This document shows positions 26,120 to 36,009 of a stretch of 64,000 nucleotides of DNA, in pieces; positions within the stretch are counted from its first letter, which is position 1, and every line of letters begins with the position of its first letter. The notes beneath the pieces are model-generated. The model saw only the letters and a list, made by a program, of their open reading frames with translations. It was not told the DNA's origin and did not search any database. The stretch is from the NCBI GenBank assembly GCA_907165135.1, contig OU015568.1:2976001-3040000 (forward strand), read 5' to 3'. The translations under genes and the position numbers were made by a program. The DNA is from Oikopleura dioica (lineage: Eukaryota > Animalia > Chordata).

Positions 26120-27843
26120 TGTTTGGATTGCAACTGTTCTGGAGTTGTGAGAAAAATCAACGAACTTGTTGTTTTGGTTCCCACGAGCTCCCAGACTTTC
26201 AAAACCGAGTACGTTGATCATAAGCGATTTGCGTTAAAAAAGCAGTAAGTCAATTTTTCCTCAAAAAATCAAGGCAAACCAATCTAATCAGCGGTTTCGG
26301 AACTCTAAAGCAAAAAATAACCTACGGTGTCATTGGCTCTCTATTCTGGCAGAGCATAGTTCTGATCGCAAATTTCGAAGGCGTCAAAAATCTTGTGCCT
26401 TTGGAAACCTTCAAAACTACCACTTGTTCGAGAAATCTTAAAATATGTCTTGGCGAATTTCCTTACAGCAGTTGCTACGTGAGTTTCTCAATTTGTATGC
26501 GAGAGACTGGGGAATTCATCTTTCCATCTCAGCCGAAAATTCATGAGAAAGCAGTTAATTTTGATGAGGATTTTTATACAAATGATGAGCAAGAAGTGAA
26601 TGTTAAGAGATGCAAAAGATTCAATTACTATGGTAAGATCTTTTTGCCCTATTTTTATTATCTTTTTAAGACTTCAAAATTTGTGAAGATCTATGTTCGA
26701 AAATCAACGAGGAAGATGTGGCTGTCTGTCAGCATATTTGCCAGTCCCACTTGAGCGATACTGGAAAAATGAACGAAATTTGCCCGTTTGAGAGACTATG
26801 TGCAAAGGGATGCCCTTGCGCGTTCTATGAATGCGAGCATGTGGATGTCGAAAAGATCCCCCTCGCCTGGTACTATAAAGAGGATGATCCGCTTTTTAAA
26901 ATAACAGAAGAAGTGCATGAAGAGCACGGCAAAGCTATTGATGATTATTTACCGTCTCCTGATATGAGAGAGCTTTTTTCGACGATGGCGTCTGTCGATT
27001 CTAGGACACTCGAATTGAAAATCCTCTATGAGCGAATCATCTTTCAAAAAGGTGGTCTCGGGAACCTGTGCCGAAAACCGGAGTCAGGGCTGCGAGAGAT
27101 GCCCCGGCGTTCTTTGAACCATGACTCTGGTTTTCTTCACAGGTTGCCAAGCCCAGCAAAACAGCTATTGCCTTCGCAGCAGTTGATCCACAAAAAGTAC
27201 TCGAAAGCTTTCGACCTGACTTTATCGAGAGCGTCGATTACAACCCGAAAACAACGCTTTATTTTCAAGGAAATCATTATTTAGTCGACGAAGCATTGAA
27301 AACTTATCAACTAAAAGAGGGTGACATTACTGACATCGGTGTTGACTCGAGCCTGTTTTTATCGCGATACGGCCCGACAAATATTTTTATATTCAAAGAA
27401 GGGATCTTTTACGGACGAAGCATTGCTGCTGTGTATGATGGTCTGTTCTTTTTCTGCTCGAGCGTGAAGCATCGAAATTATTGTTTCTTTTTTGACCCGC
27501 TGGCTCGAGGAATCGTTCTTACAGAAAGGCAGATTACTTTATAATTCTTTACAGACTTGTTGCTGGACGATTCATTCGAATCGGCAGAATGGACACGAAT
27601 TTCAGAAGCGGAGATGCTCGATTTCCCTTCTATAAGGATATCAATTCATTCGAAAGGGTACCAAAAAAGGCTTAAAATCAGGCTAAAATCTCTTTTTTGG
27701 AACTTGAAAAAGAACATTACGGAAATATCATGATTTTTGCGAACTCTGAAGACGATTCTTTCCTGCTGAACTTTGACCAGGATGAAGGAAAAGCTCATTT
27801 GGAAAGAAAAGTAACCCCTTGCCTTCATTTTATCCCGATTTGA
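26120..27843 (+). CDS. Paralog 3: internally deleted and carrying a MITE; functional gene or young pseudogene
   Basis: Same exon series (CLDCNC, hydrophobic helix, CPFERLCAKGCPC, FIILYRLVAGRF, TPCLHFIPI*). MITE at 27054-27154; about 140 codons missing at 27510 with a one-base frame offset. Confidence 0.6.
27054..27154. mobile_element. CCTGAGTCAGG-family hairpin MITE, copy 2, inside coding sequence of paralog 3
   Basis: GGTCTCGGGAACCTGTGCCGAAAACCGGAGTCAGGG ... CCATGACTCTGGTTTTCTTCACAGGTTGCCAAGCCC; absent from paralogs 1 and 2. Confidence 0.8.
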
Positions 27844-28453
27844 CCGCGCTTCAACTTCAAAAAGAAAAAAAGAAAATTTTTCAATCTATCTTTTTGTTTA
27901 TTTTCCAATCAAATAAATGGCCAAAAAATTTGTATTCACAATGAGTAGTTTTTGGATCAGAGTTTTTAAATAGGCACAGTACAGTTTAATTTCAATAAAA
28001 ATATGAATTGAACAAAGTATTGCTTGTTTTTCAATATTGAACTTGGTAATAAATAAAAATTGATAAATAGTTATTAAATAATAATATTTTTAGAATAGAA
28101 CTTTTTCAAAATTCAGTCACCTTGTTGGAAGAAAAGAGCTAGGGTTTCACTGTTGGCATCACTTTGTGTTTGCCAGTTTAAGAAAAGAGCAAAAATAGAT
28201 GTTCAAAAGCAGGGTTTAACGAAAATATAACATAATACAAGATAAGATAAAAATGAGTATCAGTAATAGCAAGTTTAGAAAGCAGAAAAAATGGTGAGTT
28301 TTCTTAGCAAAGTTTTAAATTCAAGAACATATTTACACGAAAAAAATAGCAATTGGTCTTAATCTATTAAATCTGGGGAGGCCACGATTATTGGTGGATT
28401 TAACCTTGATAACAAAAGAGATTGGTTCTTATCCCATCAATTTCTGTACGAAA

Positions 28454-30136
28454 TCAGATGGGCTCGAAAAGGGAAGGGGGTGTTAAATACTGAACTTGGG
28501 CTGGAACTCGGGGAAGGTCATTGATGAATTGACGCATACGGACGTTGAGTTTTATCGATTCCTCAAGCCGTGAGTTTCGATCTTTGAAGCAGCTTTCCAG
28601 CTTATCGAAGTCTTCCTTGAGCTTGGCGATGACTTGCTTTTGGCTCTTGTTTTCTTCGGCTAGTTCCATCAGTTTATGCTGGATCTCCATTTGTCGCTGT
28701 TTCGCTTTTTATTGGGGTCAGAAAAGAAATAATTCTTATGTAAAAATGCGTAAAAGAAATTGTAATTTTACAACTTTAGTTGTTCTATTCATAATTTTTA
28801 TCGATTTTTGACTCCGATAACGGCTCTTTTTTACGATTTTTGCGACCGCAGAAATAATCCCAGCCTGACTTTTCCGTCAAACAACGATATAATTAAAAGT
28901 CAGCAAGTGACAAGTGTCAATTTATACGACCCGGACCTTTATCTCGCGATTTTCGAACGGCGATGTTGTTTCTTAGGCGCTTCTTCTTGTATTCGTTGCT
29001 TTCCCGGTCGTAGGCACGGGTGAGCTCGTTTTCTGATTCTGTTGATTTTCGTTTCCGGCCACGTTTTGAGCGCTTCTATTGAATAAGGGTTAATTATTGT
29101 TTATAAAAAAGGACTCTTACCTTCGTCAGCTCCTCAATGTCCACCGGCTCAGATTTTATCATGTTCGAAACCAGCTAAATACTCAGTTACAGGTCGGCAG
29201 CCTCTTTTTAACTCACCTCTTTGGTAGTATTGGAGAGCGATGGAACATAATCTTCATCTGAATCGACGCTGGAATTCCTACTCTTCGCATAACTGGAATG
29301 ATGAGACGAATTAGGAGGCATCCACAAATCTTGACCGTGCCCATTTGAATCCGGACTGGCTGGTGGCTCGGCTTTTATTTGCCGTTCTTCGTGCTCGGGA
29401 ACTTCTGAGATTTGCAGAGGAACTGGATTGGGAGTTTGATCCATCAAGTACATCTGAAACGGAAATAAGTCAATCAAAATATTTGCTGAACGCACCATGT
29501 GCTGCTCGATGGCACTTGATTCGCTGAGCTGGTTTCGATTCCGGTGATGGGACGATTGTGCTGGCATTTCTCCAGAACTCATTCGAAGGTTACTCAGTTG
29601 CTGAAAATCAAAGTTAGATACAAACAAATGAAGAGCAAATAAAATTTACCTGTGGAAGAGAGTGAGGAAAGAGCGTCTGGAGAAGAGTACTTGTGCTTTG
29701 TGGTCTTGGTGCTTCTGGCATGCTGTTTTTGCGCAGCTCGTTTGCTATGTGGCCGTAGAGGACAGATTGGGGAGCACTTGGGGAGGGGTTATTGCTAGAT
29801 AGCGTGCTGGGCGGAAGCTTTTCGTTGTTGGGGAAGAGTTCATCGAACAATTCATCGTTGCATAAATCTAAAAAAAGAAGATGATTGAAAAGAAGGATTT
29901 CCTGGAAGAAAATAATCTTCCCGGCATGTTCTATTTTAGCCCGAAATTCGAGCTCCGCGAAATCGAATTCCGCCGCCAGGGTCATGAACGGAGATCGGCA
30001 CTGTACCTAGATTTGAAGGGACGTGCGTCTGTTGGCGAGGCAGGCTGGTCAAGTTGATTGAGCTCGATTCGTTGAAAAATTGACTGTTGGAATCTTTGTT
30101 GTTGAATCTCTGGTAGCTCGAGTTGGGTGCTTCCAT
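28454..30136 (-). CDS. C/EBP family bZIP transcription factor (alpha/beta/delta-like), about 6 introns
   Basis: Spliced basic region [43 protein letters not shown] (exons 29075-28937 and 28704-28454). N-terminal NESSSINLTSL and DLCNDELFDELF resemble C/EBP activation boxes. Confidence 0.9.
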
Positions 30137-30303
30137 TTTGAAAGTTTCTTTCTGAGCTTCTTTTTGGAAACTAAAATACATATTACATTTCCGCTCTAAG
30201 TTAGAGCCTCTAACAAGGAGATAAACCGGAAATCACCTATTTGCTTTTATCAATTAAAAAATTTCCCCAAAAATTATGTTTTCCTTTTTTTCAATGAAAA
30301 ACT

Positions 30304-30415
30304 GGGCTTGGTAACATGTGTAGAAAACCTGAGTTAGAGAAAAACCTGCGTTCGTCTCTATCAAAACAGCTTCTTTCAGAACCTGACTCAGATTTTTTTC
30401 ACAGGTTTTCGAGCC
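30304..30415. mobile_element. CCTGAGTCAGG-family hairpin MITE, copy 3, upstream of C/EBP
   Basis: GGGCTTGGTAACATGTGTAGAAAACCTGAGTTAG ... CTGACTCAGATTTTTTTCACAGGTTTTCGAGCC. Confidence 0.75.
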
Positions 30416-30628
30416 GACATTTCCCTATTTGCTTCTTTAAAAAGTACCGTATGATTTAATGAATGAATAAATAAAGAATTATCTTCGTACCGGAATTCTC
30501 GACGTTTCTCTTAATCTCAAAGCTCGAGACAATCTAAGGGTGGCGAGCTGAGCTCTTCTCGCCAAGTTGGAAGCAAAGAAGCGCCCCCTGACTTCAAGAT
30601 CTGGCGGACAAGCCTCAAGAAACAGCGT

Positions 30629-30661
30629 TCATTGGCTGATTTAACCCGTCTCGGCCAATGA
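30629..30661. promoter_or_regulatory. Inverted pair of CCAAT boxes upstream of C/EBP
   Basis: TCATTGGC (30629-36) and GCCAATGA (30654-61) are reverse complements. Confidence 0.4.
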
Positions 30662-31025
30662 GCGCTAGCGTTTTGGTTTGGCTTGGTGAAGCCAGTCCGC
30701 CCCGGATGATCTGGTCTTTTTCAGAGTCCGTGACCCTTAACCCTCGCGCGAACGCGAGCAAATAGATTGCCCAAAACAATGGCCCGATATTTGCCGACTA
30801 TGACCGCACCTTTAGTTTGTAAGCCATTTTCAGCCAAAACAGGATATTTACTGATGAGAAAAATCCCTGGCCCGAGGGTTGGACCAACCGAGGGCAAAAT
30901 GCTGATATAAGCGTTTTGGCGAGGCGACGGTCCGTCATTCCGAATGGTCCAAAAGAATGCATAGGAGCCAGTGTCTTTTCTTTAATGTAAGTACAGGATG
31001 GGTTATCATCTGGAATACTGCATTC

Positions 31026-31142
31026 CCGGTGCCCTAAATTGAGAAGTCAATGTTGTGGAGTCGGAATTGTTGTTTTTAAAAACAGAAAAAACGTTGTTTT
31101 GAGTCAACAATGTTAACTCGCTGACAAAAAGTAGGGCACCGG
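31026..31142. repeat. Short inverted-repeat element with 11-bp arms
   Basis: CCGGTGCCCTA (31026-36) / TAGGGCACCGG (31132-42). Confidence 0.4.
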
Positions 31143-31445
31143 ATTATTCCTTCCGAATATCTTATTCATAATTCTTGTTATTCAAAATTGTCGAAGTTCT
31201 TGATCTACGCTTTTCTACAGTATTTTACTGAGTTTTCCCACTATCAACACACTTGAATGGCGTGAGTATTGTGTTCAAGCCACAATTTTGAGCGATGTGT
31301 GTTACTTTCGTTTTCAATATTTATTCTCCGTCTTTATCGAATAGCGAAAAGACGTCAATTTGTGAACTGGAGTTCGAGTTGCTATTTGAACAGGCGGGAG
31401 AGTATAATATTCATTCCGGTAGGAGAAAATATTCTTCTTGGGGAA

Positions 31446-32306
31446 CAGAGTTCGAAATTTCCCGCGCCGCATGCTCCCGCGAGCCCCCGCGGGAGCGGGG
31501 GGAGCAAAATTTCTCCCGCGCCCCCCGCTCCCCCAAGATATTTGGATATTCTTTCCCCCTCCCCCCCGCTCCCTCGAGATTTTCTCGTGATCTTTCCCCC
31601 TCCCCCCCGCTCCCGCCGTAAATTGTTCTTTCCCGCCTTCTTCCCGCCCCTTCCCGCGCCGCGAAAACTCAAAAATGCTCCCGCGGGGCTGCGGGAGCAG
31701 CGGGGAAATAGGTTTTTAAATTTAAGGGGCTTGACGGCCCTTCGGGCCGTTTCAGCCCCGTTCCTTGGTTTTCAAATTTAAGGGGCTTGACAAAGGCCGG
31801 GGAAGTCTTAGTTGATCAATCTTAGTTTCGTCCCCAACCCCACCCACCACCATTCAATGTGAAAGACGTCAAAGTAATATTGTTCATGTTCTTAGCTTTG
31901 TTATGGTTTTTATTAATTTTTTTCAATTTTATTTCTCAATCGTCGAATTATCTTAGGGGCCTGACTCAGGCTTCTTCCTTAGTGAAGACCTTTTTAAACC
32001 AGCCCTCACGTTGATTTTTCTTTCCCGCGGGCTCCCGCGGGAGCAAAAGAGAGGGGGAATCTTTCCCGCGCCCCCGCTCCCGCGCAAATTTTCAGGCCTT
32101 TTTCCCGCGCCGCCCTCTCCCGCGCAAAATTTTTAGACCTCCTCCCCGCCCCCGCTCCCGCGCAAAATTTTTGGACTTGCTCCCGCTCCCCCGCTCCCGC
32201 AAAAATTTTCGACCTTGCTCCCGCTCCCCCGCCCCCGCGAAAAATTTCAGTCATAGTTCCCGCTCCCCCCCGCACCCGCAAAAGTTCGCGGGAATTTCGA
32301 ACTCTG
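31446..32306. mobile_element. Non-autonomous hAT-type DNA transposon, 861 bp, with GC-rich subterminal arrays
   Basis: TIRs CAGAGTTCGAAAT(T)TCCCGCG at both ends; exact 8-bp TSD TTGGGGAA (31438-45 and 32307-14); CCCCGCTCCCGC arrays at about 31461-31700 and 32020-32290. Confidence 0.88.
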
Positions 32307-33174
32307 TTGGGGAAATCAACAAGGAGAACGGGTAGATTTTATGCGGGGCAAATTTCATCGCAATTTTTTTACATAATTAGCGATGAAATTTTTATCGGAA
32401 GACAAACTTCTCTGAAATTTGAGATCTACAAGGGTCGACAGGGTCGGATGGTGAGTTATTGTTGGTTTATTGGTAAGATAGTGTCTGCCCCCTTGAAATC
32501 TGACCGAGAATCTGGCCTTGGATTTTTGTTTCTCGATCTGGTCGGTGGTCCGTTATGAGTCGGTTCGGGTCCAGTAATCCACCGATCGATCCAAAAATTG
32601 ACCATCGACCGATTTTATGGAAAACTTACTTGACAGGATTAAAAGCTCCTCCATCCAAGAAAGTGTCATATTGCCGTTGTAAAAGGCTTATCCTTGCGCC
32701 TGAAAAACAAAACAAGACTCTCTCTTTCTTTCTGAAAGTGATCTCCCGCGAAGCTTTTCAGAATTAAAAACGAGTAGATTCGTAGACTCGCAAAGTCTGA
32801 AACGTGGACTTAGCACCATCGCACTCAATCACTGTTCCCCGGCGACCCCCTCTACCGCTCTAGAAGTTGAAAATATTATTTTAGTGGCGCAATTTGAAAT
32901 TGAGAAATTGTGTTGACGAAAATGAAAATTGATTGAAGATATGTACGGAATCGGGTTCATTACACGAGGAAGTTTTAATGATTAAACGCGTAAATAATAA
33001 AACAAATTCGAATTGAGCCTCTTTCAAATTAATTATGAGACTAGTTCGGTCTCAAATTTGAGGAAACTAGAGGAAAGAAATGCGATTTTTGGCTTTTTCT
33101 TTTACCTTTTGGGCTCATTTGCCATGCCTACCGACTGAAAAAGGGTTGAAACTTGATCTTTAGCCATAAATTCA

Positions 33175-33285
33175 GGCTCGAAAACCTGTGTAGAAACCTG
33201 AGTCAGGGTCTTGGATAAGCTTTGAGATATGGCAGCGACGATCTTTCAAGACCCTGACTCTGGTTTCTTCACAGGTTTTGAGTCC
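33175..33285. mobile_element. CCTGAGTCAGG-family hairpin MITE, copy 4
   Basis: GGCTCGAAAACCTGTGTAGAAACCTGAGTCAGGGTCTTG ... CAAGACCCTGACTCTGGTTTCTTCACAGGTTTTGAGTCC. Confidence 0.8.
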
Positions 33286-33713
33286 AAGGCTTGGACTCCA
33301 AGCTTTCACCCGAGAACCTATTAACCCTGAAGAAGTGACTATCCAGTCTTTGCTTACAAAGGACTTTGTTCTCTGATCAAGCAGGACATTTCCTTGAATG
33401 AGTTTCGACGAGAATTACTATCGGAGAAAATTAAGAAGCTTAAAAGCATTTCGGTTATTCGCATGTGATACAATGAGAAATTTAATAAACGCAAAGAAGG
33501 AAAATATTATGTAAGAGCACAGGAGTTATGGTTGTTTTTTGGCTTAGACCCGGCAGAGAAAATTGTCTAAAGAAAGTCAAATAAAAATATTGATAGACAC
33601 GAGTATTTTTGATTTTAAAAGTTTATTTTCAATGCTCAGTTTAGTCTTAAAATTTCATCAGTAAAGAAGATTGTTTGGCGGGGCAGAACTTTTGATGTTT
33701 TTCAATTTTTCTT

Positions 33714-34639
33714 TCATGAATGAAAGGTCTCCCTTAACCAATACGGTATTGGGTAAACAGTCATTTTGACGGTATTAATATTCCGGAAAACATTCCTAAC
33801 TCTAGTCAACGGATCGTGAAACTGCTTCTTGAGATCTTGAACATTCAAATAATCGTCTGAAATCGACGGGGCATCCGAGTTACTGTCATTTGGATGATCA
33901 CCGATGAAGAAACCGTCGACCGAGGGCGATTTTCCAATCATTGGTTTTGTCTCGTCGTCTGATGATAATTGTGGACTCTCTCCTGCATCGCCAAGCATCT
34001 TCAAAACACGATTTCTTTTTTGTTCGAGAAACGAGTACTTACAGGAAAAACGTAGTACATTGATTGTTTGGCCATGTGTTGAAGAAATGGGAAGGATTCT
34101 TTTCGGTCTTTTGTATAAACTTCATCCTGAAAACTCACTATGATAAACACCATAATATGGTTGCATTTGGCAGAAAAAACTAATCTAATGTTTTCAAAAA
34201 TGTGGTCAAAGTTATCAAATTCGAAAATTTTCCATATTGACGACCCCGTCTCTAAGGCTATCTTTAGCATGTTGATATTTCTAGAAAACTAATTTTTCAT
34301 AAAAATTGAAAACCGTAACAACACTATTTTCTCAAAGATCATAATTTTTATTAAAAAAAAATTATTGATGGAATTTTAAAAGTTAAAAATGTATGGTTGT
34401 CACCACTCCCAAATTGAAAGTTAATAACCGATAAAGCCGAAATTAAATACGAAAGTGTGAACCTGATACAGTGAGATCTCCTCCTCTTCATGACTCTTCC
34501 TCATCACATTTTTCATGTGCCACCAGGCAAAATGAACCAAAATCATGCTCATCAACAGGGCAATCACTGAAACTTCCATGTACCAGTCAAAATTGCTCAT
34601 CTTGCTTTTGTACGTCATATTTACAAAGTCCGTCTCCAT
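33714..34639 (-). CDS. Unknown single-pass membrane protein with acidic Ser-rich tail
   Basis: Exon ORFs 34421-34639 (helix VSVIALLMSMILVHFAWW), about 34001-34270 and 33714-34004; no family recognised. Confidence 0.5.
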
Positions 34640-34849
34640 CGTTTCTCTCGGGAATGAATGTTTTTTCTTCGTTCGTGGTTGAGTTTTTTGTTAGGAGACG
34701 TGCTAATCTTCTGTGTCTTAGGCTCGACATTTACGCACAAAAGAAGGAAGACAAGGAAGGATGGAGAAATAAATAATTAAAACATGGTTTTTTTGTTTGC
34801 TAAAAATAAAAAGGTTTATTTATAAAAAAATATCAGGAATGAGGATTCA

Positions 34850-35279
34850 CTAAAAATAAACTTCTTTTATGTCCGTCATTCGCGCAGAAACCCGACAAGA
34901 TTGCTCTGGACAGACTGGATTGCGATTAAGAGTGTTTCTTTCAGTTATTGATAATCTTTGCAATATAAAGATTACTAAGAAAAATAGGAATAACTTTCCT
35001 AAGACATTTGTAGCAAAAAAACATGACCACAATTTGCCATTGCTCGATAACGATCTTGCGTTGGATCTCTTCGTTGTTGAAAATCAAAAGGATCAGAACA
35101 AATTCGGCATACAAGCCCGTATAAAGAAGTTATTGAGTTCCCTCTTTGCTGGCGAATAGGGGCATCGATTGGAGTAATTCCCTTGTCTTTCCAGAAGTTA
35201 GCTATTTTTTCGTCAATTTTCTGAAGCAAAATATCAATGCATTAGAAATTCAGAAGCTTGATACTTTTTCATCATCCAT
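34850..35279 (-). CDS. C3HC4 RING finger protein; needs a one-base correction at 35015-35021
   Basis: CRIC...NCGHVFCYKC (with 6 T instead of 7), a 43-nt GA-AG intron at 34956-34998, then ...NPVCPEQSCRVS...IKEVYF*. Confidence 0.7.
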
Positions 35280-35318
35280 CGTCTTCAAAACAATCATAAA
35301 CATAAGGGACACAAATAC

Positions 35319-35914
35319 TTAGAGAATAAGGTAGCCAAACAATCCCCAGAAGGCGGTCATAGAATTGAATGTATTAACTGCTGCGCATACAATTATAAGT
35401 CTTTTAGGTTTTTCGTAATCTCTCTGATATGTCTCATTACTCTCTTGAATCAAGATTTTTATAACTTATAACGAAAACTTCCATAAGAGCATGAATTGAA
35501 CAAACAAATAACGCGATGGAGAAAAGAGACCATTTCGTCTCATTAAAGAAAGAATCATCACTTCTTTTTTCGTACCACCAATCAGTTCTTGCAAGTATAA
35601 ACCTTGATTGAGATCAATTTTATTGAAAAAAATACATTCATTTTCATAATTATCATTTTCAATTTTTGAACTCTCGCAGATGAAAGTCCAAGGAAGATTC
35701 AGAAATCCTAATAAAATACCTAAATAATGTAGGGACTTTCCCATTTCTCTAATATTTTGTTAAAATTGCGAAGACGTATCAGAAAAATAGCAAATCTTAC
35801 GCTCATTGCTATGGAGAACAAATTGTTCTGAACAATTTTATAGATGTCAACTTGAAGTATACGTAGACGTATATACGGTATAAGAATAAATCTCGAATAC
35901 TTTTTGTAATTCAT
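35319..35914 (-). CDS. Possible small multi-pass membrane protein gene; structure unresolved
   Basis: Hydrophobic exon-like frames WSLFSIALFVCSIHALMEVFVISY and LIIVCAAVNTFNSMTAFWGLFGYLIL*; 5' exons not resolved. Confidence 0.3.
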
Positions 35915-36009
35915 AATTTTTCAAAGTACGTCTTTTGTTTATTTTCATTTGAAGAATTGTACAGGTTCAATATTATATCTTTTCTTTCTCAAAATACAGT
36001 ATGTTCAAA

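Noticed and set aside
31269-32281. Pro/Gly/Arg-rich ORFs on both strands
   Set aside because: By-products of the GC-rich arrays of the hAT-type element; no transposase motif.
32801-32865. GC-rich stretch with an A-box-like GCGGTAGAG on the minus strand
   Set aside because: No cloverleaf, B-box or TTC loop; not a tRNA.
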